DNA of 64,000 nt from an uncultured delta proteobacterium (GCA_963727485.1 CAVSGM010000002.1:640001-704000), one strand, 5' to 3'. Positions 47,798 through 57,979 are shown, numbered from the stretch's first letter. The notes: generated by a model from the letters alone, not told the origin. Numbers and translations are program-made.

Positions 47798-50700
47798 ATG
47801 GTCCGCCGAGCTCGCCTCGCCGCCCTTCTTCTCGCCAGTCTGCTGGTACCTGGTCTCGCCTTCGCCCAGGTCGCCTACCCCACCGTGGTGGGCGCCGCCC
47901 CTGAGCTCGGGAGCTACTCCGACGCCGGGGCCGTCCAGATGTACGACGACGGCACCCACGGTGACGCCGTCGCCGGCGACGGCATCTGGACCACCCAGGT
48001 GACCCTCGCCCCGCCGAGCGGCACCACCGGCGCCTGGAGCACCGAGTACAAGATTGAGCCGCCGAACAAGGTCCTGAACGACAGCCAGGCCATCGGCCAG
48101 GCGCCCCAGAGCGGCAACGCCCTGGGCATCCCCCTCAACTTCCCGGCGGCCCAGAGCTACACCGTCGAGTTCCGGTACGCGGTCAACGGCAGCACCGGGT
48201 GGCAGCCGGCCGTCTCGGTGGCGGACTCCTGGAACACCGGCTGGTCCACCTCGACGCCGTCCCTGCGCACCGCCAAGAGCTGGGTGTTCGCCGGGGCCTT
48301 CCAGTCCCAGTTCGGCGCCGCCGCCGGGGGCTTCGACCCGAGCCTCGCCGCCACCACCGGCCACGACGACGGGACCTGGGGCGACCTGACCGCCGACGAC
48401 GGCGTGGTCAGCCTCGGAGTCATGACCTCCGTGGACTTCGGCACCGCCACCGCCACCGACGCCGAGTGGAAGGTGGCCCTCAAGGGCGCCAACGCCACCG
48501 ACTGGACCCTGAAGCTCGGGAGCGACGGGTGGAACGTCAACGGCAACAGCCAGGGTGACGCGGCCAACGCCTCCACGCCCCTGAACCGCTGGCGGCCCAT
48601 GCGCTACGAGGTCGACCTCGAGCGCGGCGCCATCCAGGCGGTGGCCGCCGACGGGCTCTACGGGACCCCGGAGTTGAGCGAGCTGGTGAACACCGGCACC
48701 ACGGCCGAGTACGTGGAGATCTACAACTCCGCCAACGCCATCGTCTCCCTCTCGGGCGTGTACGTCGCCGACGACCCGAACTACCCCTCGGTTCCCACGC
48801 CCCCCAGCACGACCCCCAGCTCGGCGGACTTCGACGCCCGCTTCCCCGACGGTGCGTGGATCGCGCCCCACGCCTTCCAGACCGTGGGCGGCAGCGACGA
48901 GGCCACCTTCAACGGCGTCTACGGCATGGACCCGACCTACGCCCTCCGGGGCACGGTCACGCCGATGGTCGCCGCCTACGCCAACAGCATCGGCAGCGGC
49001 TCGGGCTTCACCAACGGCGGCGAGTTCGTGGCCCTGTTCACCTGGCAGACGGGCATGGACCTGGTCGAGGACCTGGACGTCCTGGTCTACGGGACGCCCT
49101 CCTCCACCAACGTCGCCCCGGACAAGACCGACGTGGTGCCGGTTGCCGCCGGCGCCGCCTACGGCGCGGATCTCATGACCATCAACACCTCCACCGCCGG
49201 CGCCGGCGCCATCGTCGCCCGCAAGGACTTCACCGATCCCGGCGAGCGGGTCTCCACCTGCGCCTACCCCTGCCCGGTCAACGGCACCGCCTCGGGCATC
49301 TACAACGGCGTGTACAACCCGCTCCTCGGCGGCCGTGAGGACGAGACCAGCGAGGACCTGACCACCAGCTGGTACGCCGAGACCACCGCCACCCCCGGCA
49401 CGGCCAACGACGCCACCTACACCGTCACCGGCGTCGCCCAGGACGGCACCGGCGCGCCGCTGGCCGGGGTCACCGTGACCGCCACCCAGGGCGCCACCAC
49501 CCAGACCGCCACCAGCGCCAGCGACGGGACGTTCTCCCTGACCCTGGGCTTCGGCAGCTGGGCCATCACCGGCACCCTCACCGGCTACAACGACGCCACG
49601 GCCACCGTCTGGGCCGACCACGACGCGGCCCTGCCGGCGCCGCTGGTCCTCACCGCCACCGTCCAGAGCTACGCGCTCACGGGCACGGTCACCGACGCCA
49701 GCACCACCAGCGTCATCGCCGGAGCGACAATCTCGGTGAGCCCGGGGACCCAGACCGCCACCACCGACTCGAGCGGCAACTACACCCTGACCCTCCCGGC
49801 CGGCACCTACGACGTCACCGCGAGCGCCACCGGCTACACCGCCTCCACCAAGACGGTGAACCTCACCGCCGCCGCGACCCAGGACTTCGCCCTCGTAACC
49901 GCCCCGGTCACCGTGACCGTGAGCGGCACCGTGAGCGACACCTCGGCGAACCCCCTCTCCGGCGTGGCCATCACCCTCGACGACGGCGCCGGGAACACCT
50001 TCTCCGGCACCACCGACGGCACCGGAGCCTTCTCCATCGCCGGGGTCACCGGGAACGCCACCTACACCCTCACCGCGATCCTGGGCGGCTTCCAGGACGC
50101 CACGGCGACGGTGCCGGTGCAGACCACCGACGTCACCAACGTCGCCGTCACCATGACCCCGGTGGCCGCCACCGTGACCGTCAGCGGCACCGTGAGCGAC
50201 GCCACGGCCAACCCCCTCTCGGGCGTCTCCGTGACCCTCGACGACGGGGCCGGCCACACCTTCTCCGGCACCACCGACGGCACCGGGGCGTTCTCCATCA
50301 CCGGCGTCACCGCCAGCACCACCTACACCCTGACGGCGTCCCTCGCCGGCTACCAGGACGCGACGATGTCGGTGCCGGTCCAGACCACCGACGTGACCAG
50401 CCTGGCCGTGACCATGACCCCGACGCCCACCAGCGTCATCGTCTCCGGCACCGTGACCGACGCCGCCAGCTCCAACCCGCTGGCGAACGTCTCCCTCACC
50501 CTCGACGACGGGGCCGGGAACACCCTCAGCGCGACCAGCGCCACTGACGGGACCTTCTCCTTCACCGGGGTTCCCGTGAGCACCACCTACACCCTCACGG
50601 CGACCCTCACCGGCTACCAGGACGCCACCCAGCAGGTGCCGGTGCAGACCGCCGACGTCACCAGCCTCACGGTGAGCATGACCGCGAGCACCACCACCAC

Positions 50701-51580
50701 CTGGAGCGTCTCCGGGACGGTCACCGACGCGGACAACAACAACGCACCCATCGTCGGGGCCACCGTCAGCATCGCCAGCCCCTCGGTGACGGCCACCACC
50801 GACGCCCAGGGGAACTTCACCCTCACCGGGGTCCCGGACGGCACCTACGACGTGCAGGCCACCGCCACCGGCTACAACCCGGGGACCCAGTCGGTGACCG
50901 TGAGCGGCGCCGACGTCACCGGGGTGAACATCAGCCTCTTCCAGCCGACGGCCACCTACACCCTCTCGGGGACCATCACCGACAGCGGCGCCGGGACCGG
51001 CATCGGCGGGGCCACCGTGACCCTGACCCTCCCGGACACCACCACCCAGACCACCACCACCTCGGCGGGCGGGATGTACAGCTTCACCGGGCTGGCCGCG
51101 GGGACCTACGACCTGGCGGTGACCGCCAGCGGCTACCAGGACGGGTCGATGACCGGCATCCAGATCAGCGCCGACACCACCCAGGACCTCGCCCTGGATC
51201 CGACCGCCGCGCCCACCTACACCCTCTCGGGGACGGTGCGGCTCTCGGACAAGACCTCCGGCTCGTTCAGCGGCACCACCGTGACCCTCATCAGCGGGGG
51301 CACCGGGTCGGCGACCACCGACGCCTCGGGCGCCTACCAGATCCCCGGGCTGGCCGCGGGCACCTACCAGGTGCGGGCGAGCCACGCCGGGTACGGGACC
51401 CTCACGGCCACCGTGAACCTCTCCGGCGACAAGACCCAGGACTTCGTCCTGGTGCCCCAGAGCACCACCAGCCAGCCCGGCTGCGGGTGCAGCGCCACCG
51501 GCGGCTCGCCGGACCCCGTCCTCGGCCTCTTCTTCCTGGGCCTGGGGATGATGGTCCTGCGCCGCCGCCGGCGCGCCTAG
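47798..51580 (+). CDS. Large Thr-rich surface protein: two X25/'anchor X'-like modules, lamin-tail-like domain, 8 carboxypeptidase-regulatory-like repeats, MYXO-CTERM
   Basis: AGGAG RBS and signal peptide. [29 protein letters not shown]. Eight SG.V.D....P..G..V...TD..G.FS..G...G.Y...A...GY units. Ends GCGCS...TM...RRRRRA. Confidence 0.85.
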   Translation: MVRRARLAALLLASLLVPGLAFAQVAYPTVVGAAPELGSYSDAGAVQMYDDGTHGDAVAGDGIWTTQVTLAPPSGTTGAWSTEYKIEPPNKVLNDSQAIGQAPQSGNALGIPLNFPAAQSYTVEFRYAVNGSTGWQPAVSVADSWNTGWSTSTPSLRTAKSWVFAGAFQSQFGAAAGGFDPSLAATTGHDDGTWGDLTADDGVVSLGVMTSVDFGTATATDAEWKVALKGANATDWTLKLGSDGWNVNGNSQGDAANASTPLNRWRPMRYEVDLERGAIQAVAADGLYGTPELSELVNTGTTAEYVEIYNSANAIVSLSGVYVADDPNYPSVPTPPSTTPSSADFDARFPDGAWIAPHAFQTVGGSDEATFNGVYGMDPTYALRGTVTPMVAAYANSIGSGSGFTNGGEFVALFTWQTGMDLVEDLDVLVYGTPSSTNVAPDKTDVVPVAAGAAYGADLMTINTSTAGAGAIVARKDFTDPGERVSTCAYPCPVNGTASGIYNGVYNPLLGGREDETSEDLTTSWYAETTATPGTANDATYTVTGVAQDGTGAPLAGVTVTATQGATTQTATSASDGTFSLTLGFGSWAITGTLTGYNDATATVWADHDAALPAPLVLTATVQSYALTGTVTDASTTSVIAGATISVSPGTQTATTDSSGNYTLTLPAGTYDVTASATGYTASTKTVNLTAAATQDFALVTAPVTVTVSGTVSDTSANPLSGVAITLDDGAGNTFSGTTDGTGAFSIAGVTGNATYTLTAILGGFQDATATVPVQTTDVTNVAVTMTPVAATVTVSGTVSDATANPLSGVSVTLDDGAGHTFSGTTDGTGAFSITGVTASTTYTLTASLAGYQDATMSVPVQTTDVTSLAVTMTPTPTSVIVSGTVTDAASSNPLANVSLTLDDGAGNTLSATSATDGTFSFTGVPVSTTYTLTATLTGYQDATQQVPVQTADVTSLTVSMTASTTTTWSVSGTVTDADNNNAPIVGATVSIASPSVTATTDAQGNFTLTGVPDGTYDVQATATGYNPGTQSVTVSGADVTGVNISLFQPTATYTLSGTITDSGAGTGIGGATVTLTLPDTTTQTTTTSAGGMYSFTGLAAGTYDLAVTASGYQDGSMTGIQISADTTQDLALDPTAAPTYTLSGTVRLSDKTSGSFSGTTVTLISGGTGSATTDASGAYQIPGLAAGTYQVRASHAGYGTLTATVNLSGDKTQDFVLVPQSTTSQPGCGCSATGGSPDPVLGLFFLGLGMMVLRRRRRA
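49910..50700 (+). repeat. Three highly similar ~261-bp intragenic repeats
   Basis: AGCGGCACCGTGAGCGAC at 49922 and 50183. CTCGACGACGG and CAGGACGC...GTGCCGGT...CAGACC recur three times. Confidence 0.85.
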
Positions 51581-51601
51581 CGCGTCGCTGACCGCGGTAC
51601 C

Positions 51602-51641
51602 GAACCCCGGGGGCCCATACGGGTCTCCGGGGTTCTTCGTT
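51602..51641 (+). terminator. Stem-loop, probable intrinsic terminator
   Basis: GAACCCCGG-GGGCCC-ATAC-GGGTCT-CCGGGGTTC followed by TTCGTT, just after the stop at 51580. Confidence 0.7.
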
Positions 51642-51700
51642 ATGATGCTCCCCTGGTGTGTCCGCGCGCCCCGCCGGCGCCGGATCCGAAGGGAGGCACC

Positions 51701-53668
51701 ATGCACGCGAGAGGCCCGCATCCCCACCTGGCGTCCAGCGTCGCGCGCGCCCTGGTCGCCTGCGCCGTCGGGGTCACCGGCCTCCTGATGCCGGCCGTGG
51801 CCCGGGCCGCGCCGGCCGTCCACGTGGAGCTGGCCACCCAGAAGATCCGCCCCACCGACCCGGCCCCGGCCTCGCCGGTCACCCGGGCCCACGTGTTTGC
51901 CGCCCGCAACGAGTTCGCGCCCTTCCAGGTGGTGGTCGAGGGACCGGCCACCGGCGTCTGGGCGACCCTCCCGCCCCTCACCGGCCCCGGGGGCGTCCCC
52001 CTCCCCGCCACCGACGTGCGCCTCTACCGCGAGGGCTACGTCACCACCGTCTACCCCTCGACCTCCGACGTGACCGTGGGCCGCTGGCCCGACCCGCTGA
52101 TCCCCGACGTGGACGTCACCGCGAACGAGAAGCGCGACGCCTTCCCCTTCGACGTGCCGTCCGGAGAGAACCGGGTGATCTGGGTGGACCTGCTGGTGCC
52201 CATGGACGCCGCCCCCGGCGACTACACCGGCACCCTCACCGTCACCGGCCAGGGCGGGTCCACCGACGTCCCCGTGACCCTCACCGTCTACCCCTTCACC
52301 CTGCCCTCCACTCCGAGCCTCGACTCAATCTTCGGCTCGGGCTGGGACGCCCTGTGCGTGGGCTACTACCCGGGCGGGTACGCGGACCCCAAGTGCGGCG
52401 ACGCCGGGGTCATCCGCCTCGACCAGCAGCTCGGCACCTTCCTCCTCGACCACCGGATCTCGACCTCGATGATCTACACCGGGCCCAGCCCGTCGGGCTC
52501 GGGGTACGACTGGGCCACCTGGGACGCCACCTGGGGCCCGTTCCTCGACGGCACCGCCCCGACGCGCCTCCCCGGGGCGAAGCTGTCGCTCATCCAGTAC
52601 GAGTGGAAGCGCAACGTCACCGACTACGCCGCCTGGGCCGCCCACTTCCGCCAGAAGGGCTGGCTCGACCGGACCTTCGACTACACCCTCGACGAGCCCC
52701 ACACCGCCAGTGACTGGCAGACCTTCGTCACCCGCGCCGACCTGGTGCACCAGGCCAATCCGGCGATGCGCACCCTGGTCACCGGCACCGTCCAGGACGC
52801 GACGAAGTACGGCGCCCTGGGCGACCTGGACATCCTCACACCCGTCATCAACTACATGGACGACAAGGGCACCGGTCCCTACGCCGGCAGCCAGCGCAGC
52901 GCCTACGACGCCTTCGTCGCCGGGGGCGGCAAGCTCATGTGGTACCAGAGCTGTATGTCCGAGGGCTGCTACGGCGGCACCGGCGGCGGCAAGAGCTACT
53001 CGGGCTACAACCTCGGCTGGCCGTCGATGATGATCGACACCCCGGCGGTCTACAACCGGGTCGAGGAGTGGCTCTCGTACCTCTATGGGATCTCCGGGGA
53101 GCTCTACTTCGACACCACCTACGCCTTCGACAGCGGCGGGGACGCCTGGCAGAGCCAGTGGTACTTCGGGGGCAACGGCGACGGCACCCTCCTCTACCCT
53201 GGCACCCCGGCCCGTATCGGGGGCACCACGCCGGTCCCCGTGGCCAGCATCCGCCTCGACCTCGTGCGCCAGGGCATGCAGGACTACGAGTACCTCCACC
53301 TGCTCACCACCCTCGGCGGCGGCGACTACGCCCGGCAGGAGGCGCTGAAGGTGGCCACCTCGCCCCACGACATCGACCCGGACCCGGCGGTGATGGAGGC
53401 CGCTCGGGAGGCGGTGGCGGCGCGGATCGTGGCCCTGACCACCGGGGGCGCCGACGGCGGGATGGCCGACGGCGGGATGGCCGACGGGGGCGGCGCGGCC
53501 GATGGGGGCGGGACGAACACCGACGGCGGGGTGCCCGACCCCGGCTCCAGGCCCTCCGGCACCGGCTGCGGGTGCTCGGCGACGGGGGCGACCGGGAGCG
53601 CCGGGCTGGCCCTCGTCCTCCTGGTGGCCGCCGGCCTGCGCCGCCGCCGCCCCCGGCCCGCGCCCTAA
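51701..53668 (+). CDS. DUF4091/GH123-like glycoside hydrolase with MYXO-CTERM anchor
   Basis: GGGAGG RBS. AARNEF..FQ, WPDPLIP, IWVD..VP.DA.PG.Y.G, DEP catalytic-type motif, NGDGTLLYPG, SIRL...R.G.QDYEYL, DGG linker, GCGCS-TM-RRRR. Confidence 0.85.
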   Translation: MHARGPHPHLASSVARALVACAVGVTGLLMPAVARAAPAVHVELATQKIRPTDPAPASPVTRAHVFAARNEFAPFQVVVEGPATGVWATLPPLTGPGGVPLPATDVRLYREGYVTTVYPSTSDVTVGRWPDPLIPDVDVTANEKRDAFPFDVPSGENRVIWVDLLVPMDAAPGDYTGTLTVTGQGGSTDVPVTLTVYPFTLPSTPSLDSIFGSGWDALCVGYYPGGYADPKCGDAGVIRLDQQLGTFLLDHRISTSMIYTGPSPSGSGYDWATWDATWGPFLDGTAPTRLPGAKLSLIQYEWKRNVTDYAAWAAHFRQKGWLDRTFDYTLDEPHTASDWQTFVTRADLVHQANPAMRTLVTGTVQDATKYGALGDLDILTPVINYMDDKGTGPYAGSQRSAYDAFVAGGGKLMWYQSCMSEGCYGGTGGGKSYSGYNLGWPSMMIDTPAVYNRVEEWLSYLYGISGELYFDTTYAFDSGGDAWQSQWYFGGNGDGTLLYPGTPARIGGTTPVPVASIRLDLVRQGMQDYEYLHLLTTLGGGDYARQEALKVATSPHDIDPDPAVMEAAREAVAARIVALTTGGADGGMADGGMADGGGAADGGGTNTDGGVPDPGSRPSGTGCGCSATGATGSAGLALVLLVAAGLRRRRPRPAP

Positions 53669-54432
53669 CCCAGGGTCGCCAGCAGCGCCCGGCTCTTCAG
53701 GGGCTTGCCGAGGAGGGCCTCGGTGAACCGGGCCAGGGCCTCGGTCGCCTCGCCGACCGCCTCGGGATCGTCCGGGAGGCCGGCGGCCCGGGCGAGGACC
53801 TCGGCCCTGGGGCCCGCGTCGCCCAGCGCCTCGAGGGCCCGGCGGGTCCCCGCCGAGAGCGTCAGGTCCCCGGTCTGCCACCTGGGGGCGCAGACGGGGC
53901 AGAGGAGCCCGCCGCCGGAAGGCGCGAAGCGCGCGGGCCCGCCGCTGGGGGCGCGGCCGCACCTCGCGCAGGCGTCGAGGCGCGGCGGCGAGCCGAAGGC
54001 CGAAAGCGCCGCGAGCTCGAAGGCCACCATCCCCCAGGGCGGAAGCCGACCGGTGTCGAGGGCGTCGAGGCCGGCGACCAGGAGGGCGTGGAGGGCCGGC
54101 TGGGCCTCGCCGTCCTTCACCAGCGCCCGGACCAGCTCCACCATCACCGAGGCCCGGGCGAAGGCCCCGAGATCGGCGCGGATCCCCGGGTGGGCACCGG
54201 TGACCGTGGCCTCGTCGAGGGTGGCCAGGTCCCGGCCCGGGCGCAGGCGCAGGGTCGCCCGCACCGCGTGGGTGGGCTCGAGGGCGCCGCCGAAGCGCCG
54301 GCGGCTGCGCTGGGCCCCGGGGGCGAAGGCCCGCAGGAGCCCGCGGTCCGGGGAGAGGAGCTCGACGATCCGGTGGCCCTCGCCGTGATCGACGATCCGC
54401 AGGATCACCGCGTCGGTGGTGAACCGTTCCAT
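53665..54432 (-). CDS. recO: DNA repair protein RecO
   Basis: DAVILR..D.GE..RIV.L.S...G...A.A.GA.RS.RRFGG.LEP, Zn-finger CARC...GG.LCPVC, PLKSR. Confidence 0.93.
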   Translation of the reverse strand: MERFTTDAVILRIVDHGEGHRIVELLSPDRGLLRAFAPGAQRSRRRFGGALEPTHAVRATLRLRPGRDLATLDEATVTGAHPGIRADLGAFARASVMVELVRALVKDGEAQPALHALLVAGLDALDTGRLPPWGMVAFELAALSAFGSPPRLDACARCGRAPSGGPARFAPSGGGLLCPVCAPRWQTGDLTLSAGTRRALEALGDAGPRAEVLARAAGLPDDPEAVGEATEALARFTEALLGKPLKSRALLATLG

Positions 54433-54446
54433 GGCACCCCCGCCTC

Positions 54447-54803
54447 CTACCGCCGGAAGAGGAGGATCAGGACCACCGCCAGGATCACCGCGCCGATGCC
54501 CAGGATCACCGCCAGCGCCGTCCCCGGTCGCCGGGTGGTGAGCACCTCCGGTGCCGCCTGTGGCGAGGCCTCGTCCGGGTGGGCCTCCTCGAAGCGCAGG
54601 AGCACCTCGTCGGGATCGAGGCCCACGGCGTCGGCGTAGGCCCGCAGATAGCCCATCACGTAGACGCGCTCCGGGAGCCGGGTGGCCGCGTCGGACTCGA
54701 GGGCCTCGAGGGCGCTCTCGGGGATCTTGGTCCGCGCGGCGACCTCGCCGCGCTCGAGCCCTCGGAGCTCCCGGGCCTGGACGAGGTAGGTGCCGAAGCT
54801 CAC
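54447..54803 (-). CDS. Short RodZ-like XRE helix-turn-helix membrane protein
   Basis: GTG start. FG.YL..ARE.RGL...EVA..TKI....L.ALE, YV.GYLRAYA..VGLD, C-terminal TM. Confidence 0.85.
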   Translation of the reverse strand: MSFGTYLVQARELRGLERGEVAARTKIPESALEALESDAATRLPERVYVMGYLRAYADAVGLDPDEVLLRFEEAHPDEASPQAAPEVLTTRRPGTALAVILGIGAVILAVVLILLFRR

Positions 54804-55705
54804 TTCCCCCCCGCGTCGGCACCCCCGCCGGCGCCCTCGGCCCCCTTCGCCGGGGCGGCGGTGTCCCCGCTGGACGGGATGGTGAGGTCGGGGCCGTCGG
54901 TGGGGCCCTGGTGGGCGGAGGCGTCTGCCTTGCGGGGCAGCGGCCCCCCGACCCGGTTCAGGAGCCGGGTGCACGAGTCGGCCAGGGGCCCGTCCTTGGC
55001 CAGGCGCACGCAGCGGTCGAAGGCGGCCCGGGCCCCGGTGGCGTCCCCGGCCTCGAGCCGCACCTTGCCCCACTCGTACTGCGCCTCGGGCTGCTTGGGG
55101 CAGTGCTTGACGAACTGGCCCACCGAGGCGTTGGCCCGGGCCTGCTTGCCCTTGTGCCGGTAGAGGATCGCCAGGTTCCGGTAGCCCTGGCAGAACTTGG
55201 GCTGGGCCAGGACCGCCGCCTCGATCTCGCTGATCCCGGCGTCGACCTTGCCCTGCTTGTAGAGGGCCCAGCCGAGGTTGCCCCGGGCGAGGTAGGGCGT
55301 GGGGTAGAGGACGTTGTTGAGGGCGGCGCGGAAGGCCTTCTCGGCCTTGGCGTAGCGGCCGGTCTGCAGGTAGAGGGACCCCAGGTTGTTGGCGGCCTCG
55401 GAGTAGTCCTTCTTGAGCTTCAGGGCCTTCTGGTACTCGACCTCGGCCTGCTTCGGGCGCCCGAGGGAGAGCTGGTAGAGCAGGCCCAGGAGGTTGTGGG
55501 CCGGGGCGAAGCCGGGATCGCGCTCGAGGCCCGCCTGGAGGTCCGCCACCGCCTCCTGGATGTGGCCGGCGTGGGTCGCCTGCACCGCCAGGTCGTACTG
55601 GATCTGGGCGAACTTCTGGTCCTTGCCGTCGGGCACGTGGGCGCAGGCGGCGAGGAGCGCGGGGACGGCGACGAGGACGATCGCTTTGCGGACGTGGCGA
55701 CGCAT
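54800..55705 (-). CDS. tgl: TPR lipoprotein, type IV pilus pilotin Tgl/PilF/PilW
   Basis: Lipobox LAAC. TPRs (AHNLLGL, A.NNLG..Y), LYPTPY.A.GNLGWA, several Cys as in myxobacterial Tgl. Gene context fits. Confidence 0.8.
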   Translation of the reverse strand: MRRHVRKAIVLVAVPALLAACAHVPDGKDQKFAQIQYDLAVQATHAGHIQEAVADLQAGLERDPGFAPAHNLLGLLYQLSLGRPKQAEVEYQKALKLKKDYSEAANNLGSLYLQTGRYAKAEKAFRAALNNVLYPTPYLARGNLGWALYKQGKVDAGISEIEAAVLAQPKFCQGYRNLAILYRHKGKQARANASVGQFVKHCPKQPEAQYEWGKVRLEAGDATGARAAFDRCVRLAKDGPLADSCTRLLNRVGGPLPRKADASAHQGPTDGPDLTIPSSGDTAAPAKGAEGAGGGADAGGK

Positions 55706-55740
55706 GGGGTGCTCCGGCGGCAGCGGGAGATGGCCGCGGT

Positions 55741-56385
55741 TCAGAAGGAGACGAGGAGGCGCGCCACCCTCGCCGCCGTGGCCGGGTCGAGGGGCTTCTG
55801 GTCGGGGAGGGGCTCGACCTCCTGGAGCTCCTCGAGGACGTCGGGCATGGGCGCGGGGGCCGGCTCGAGCTCGAAGGCGGTCTCGGGCTCGCCGATGATG
55901 GCCTCCTCGTCGAGGTCGAGGATGTCGGCGGTGTCCTCTTCGAGCTCGGCGAGGGGATCCGACTCGGGCTCCGACTCGGACCCGGCGGGCACGTAGGCGG
56001 AGATGTCGGGCCGGAAGCAGGGGAGGCTCTCGAGGATCTCGTCCTGCTGCAGCGGGGAGAGGTTGCGGTAGTTCACGTTGTCGACCATGAACCCCATGCT
56101 CTCCACGAAGGTCAGGGCCTCGGCCTCGACGTCGGGGAACTCGGCGACCCCCACCTCGGCGAGGTCGTGCACATAGAGCACCGCCTCGTTGGTCTCGGTG
56201 AGGTGGAGGTAGATGAGGATGGCGAAATTGCCGCTGGGGTTCCGGCGGCCGACGACGTAGGCGGAGGTGACCTGGGGCGCGTAACCCGGCACGCCCACGT
56301 GGGGATGGTTGATGGACTCGATGATCGAGACCACCTGGTCGCGGGTCACGTCGACGAAGGTGAGCGAGGGGTCGGGTCGGAACAT
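55741..56385 (-). CDS. Conserved myxobacterial protein encoded upstream of tgl
   Basis: S.N.PHV..PG, EAL.FVESMGFMVDN.N.R, acidic linker, C-terminal ARLLVSF. Confidence 0.7.
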   Translation of the reverse strand: MFRPDPSLTFVDVTRDQVVSIIESINHPHVGVPGYAPQVTSAYVVGRRNPSGNFAILIYLHLTETNEAVLYVHDLAEVGVAEFPDVEAEALTFVESMGFMVDNVNYRNLSPLQQDEILESLPCFRPDISAYVPAGSESEPESDPLAELEEDTADILDLDEEAIIGEPETAFELEPAPAPMPDVLEELQEVEPLPDQKPLDPATAARVARLLVSF

Positions 56386-56390
56386 GGGCG

Positions 56391-56984
56391 TCACTTCACC
56401 TGGATGGTGAACTCCTTGGAGACGTCCTGGACCTCGTCGGCGGTCACCTTGAAGTCGATGAGGGGGTCGTCGATCATCACGTTGTTCCCGCCCTCGTTGC
56501 CGGCGCCGAGGATCACCCGGAAGAACATCGACGGCGAGTGGCTCTTGCGCTCCCCCTCGATGTGCTTGGACGCGACCAGGAGCACCTTGTTGCTCCCGGA
56601 GTGGAGGTAGCGGGTGATGTCGGTGACAATCTGGTCCTCGTCGCTCCGGAGCTTCCGGATCCACTTGGCGTTCACGTAGACGTCGATGTCGTACTGGGTG
56701 GCGCCGGGGCTGGCGTGGCTGGTGACCAGGTAGTAGTGGCTCGCCGGGGCGGCGCTCTGGCTCGAGGCCGCGTGGTCGCCGCCGGTGCTGGCCCCCGAGA
56801 CCGCGTAGCCCGCCGCCTTGATGTGGACGTTGCCCTGGGCGTCGATGTGGACGGTGGCCTTCTCGAAGGTCTGGTTGGTCACGCCGGTGATGTTCACCCC
56901 GTTGAGGTAGACGTCGGCGAACGCCGTGGCCGGGAGGGCGACGGCGGCGACGAGGGCGAGAAGACCGGTGGTGCGCAGGGTCAT
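56391..56984 (-). CDS. Secreted hypothetical protein
   Basis: Signal peptide ending AFA. VYLNGV.I.G..NQ.F....V.ID..GNV.I.A.GY. Coding-like codon pattern. Confidence 0.75.
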   Translation of the reverse strand: MTLRTTGLLALVAAVALPATAFADVYLNGVNITGVTNQTFEKATVHIDAQGNVHIKAAGYAVSGASTGGDHAASSQSAAPASHYYLVTSHASPGATQYDIDVYVNAKWIRKLRSDEDQIVTDITRYLHSGSNKVLLVASKHIEGERKSHSPSMFFRVILGAGNEGGNNVMIDDPLIDFKVTADEVQDVSKEFTIQVK

Positions 56985-57160
56985 GGGCGTTCCCCTTGGG
57001 GTGAGCACGGTGGGACGGGCAGCGTGCCCGACCTGGGATGGAACGCTCCCCCCGGCCATCCATTCACGCCCGCGCCGCCGAGGGGATCGGCGTGGCGGAT
57101 TTTCGTTGTAACCCTGGGGACTTGTCAACATTCCGGGCCGAGGGGGCCCGGGCCGCCGAC

Positions 57161-57198
57161 GGAAGAAAACGGGCCACCCCGGGGGGCGGGGTGGCCCG
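57161..57198 (-). terminator. Intrinsic terminator of the phasin-like gene
   Basis: 12-bp perfect stem CGGGCCACCCCG/CGGGGTGGCCCG followed by TTTTCTTCC on the minus strand. Confidence 0.8.
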
Positions 57199-57242
57199 GA
57201 CGGCGCTGCGGAGGCGCCGGTCATGCAGCCTGGAGGTGGGCG

Positions 57243-57845
57243 CTAGCGGCGGGTGGCCGACCTCTTGGCCGGGGCCTTCTTGGCGGGCGCCTTGGGGGCC
57301 TTGGTCTTGGTGGCCTTGGTCTTGGGGGCCTTGGTCTTGGTGGCCTTCGCCTTGGGGGCCTTGGTGGCCTTGGCCTTGGGAGCCTTGGTGGCCTTCGCCT
57401 TGGTGGCCCGGGTCAGGGAGTCGACGCGCCGGGCGAGGCGGTCGATGTCCGCGGCCAGGGACTGGACCTGGTCCCGGCTCGCCACGCCGATGAGGCCCAG
57501 GGTCTTGTCCTGGATGTCCTGGAGCCGGCGCTCGAGGTCGGCGGCGACCTCGACGGCGCGGGTGCGGGTCTGGGTCTCGAGGCCCTTGGCCCGGTCGGCC
57601 AGGTCGTCGATGGGCAGGCGATCGAGGGGCAGCCGGTCGCGGAAGGTGTCGAGGGGGAGCCGGCCCTTGAGGTCGTCGAACTCCTTGTTGCCGCGGGCGT
57701 AGAGGTCGCGGATGAGCTCCTGGGCCTGGGTCTCGAGGTCCTTGAGCCGGGCGCGGCCGGTCTCGATGCCCTCGGTGACGAAGGTGGGCACGGGGATCTC
57801 GAAGCTGACGTGTCCGTCGGTCTGGGAACGGGTCTGGGTCGCCAT
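57243..57845 (-). CDS. Phasin-family (PhaF-like) protein with a histone-H1-like Lys/Ala/Pro tail
   Basis: AGGAGG RBS. Amphipathic helices, GVASRDQV..L...IDRL..RVD.L, then KATKAPKA repeats. Confidence 0.7.
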   Translation of the reverse strand: MATQTRSQTDGHVSFEIPVPTFVTEGIETGRARLKDLETQAQELIRDLYARGNKEFDDLKGRLPLDTFRDRLPLDRLPIDDLADRAKGLETQTRTRAVEVAADLERRLQDIQDKTLGLIGVASRDQVQSLAADIDRLARRVDSLTRATKAKATKAPKAKATKAPKAKATKTKAPKTKATKTKAPKAPAKKAPAKRSATRR

Positions 57846-57886
57846 GATGGCCTCCTGTTTCGGCGTGAATCTGGGGGGTTTCCCCG

Positions 57887-57927
57887 TGACGCAGTGCGTA
57901 AGCTAACGCACCGTGTCATGGTGTCAA
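57887..57927 (-). promoter_or_regulatory. Sigma70 promoter with overlapping palindromic operator-like repeats upstream of the phasin-like gene
   Basis: Minus strand reads TTGACA-16 bp-TAGCTT. TGACGCA-G-TGCGTAA at 57887-57901 and related TAACGCA-C-CGTGTCA at 57904-57918. Confidence 0.65.
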
Positions 57928-57979
57928 CCCGCCGGCCGCAGAAAAACGACACGGCGCGTCATCGGAGACTGAGTGGGGC

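Noticed and set aside
57100..57130. TTGACA upstream of the 56984 gene as a sigma70 promoter
   Set aside because: No convincing -10 at 16-18 bp spacing, so it is not reported as a feature.
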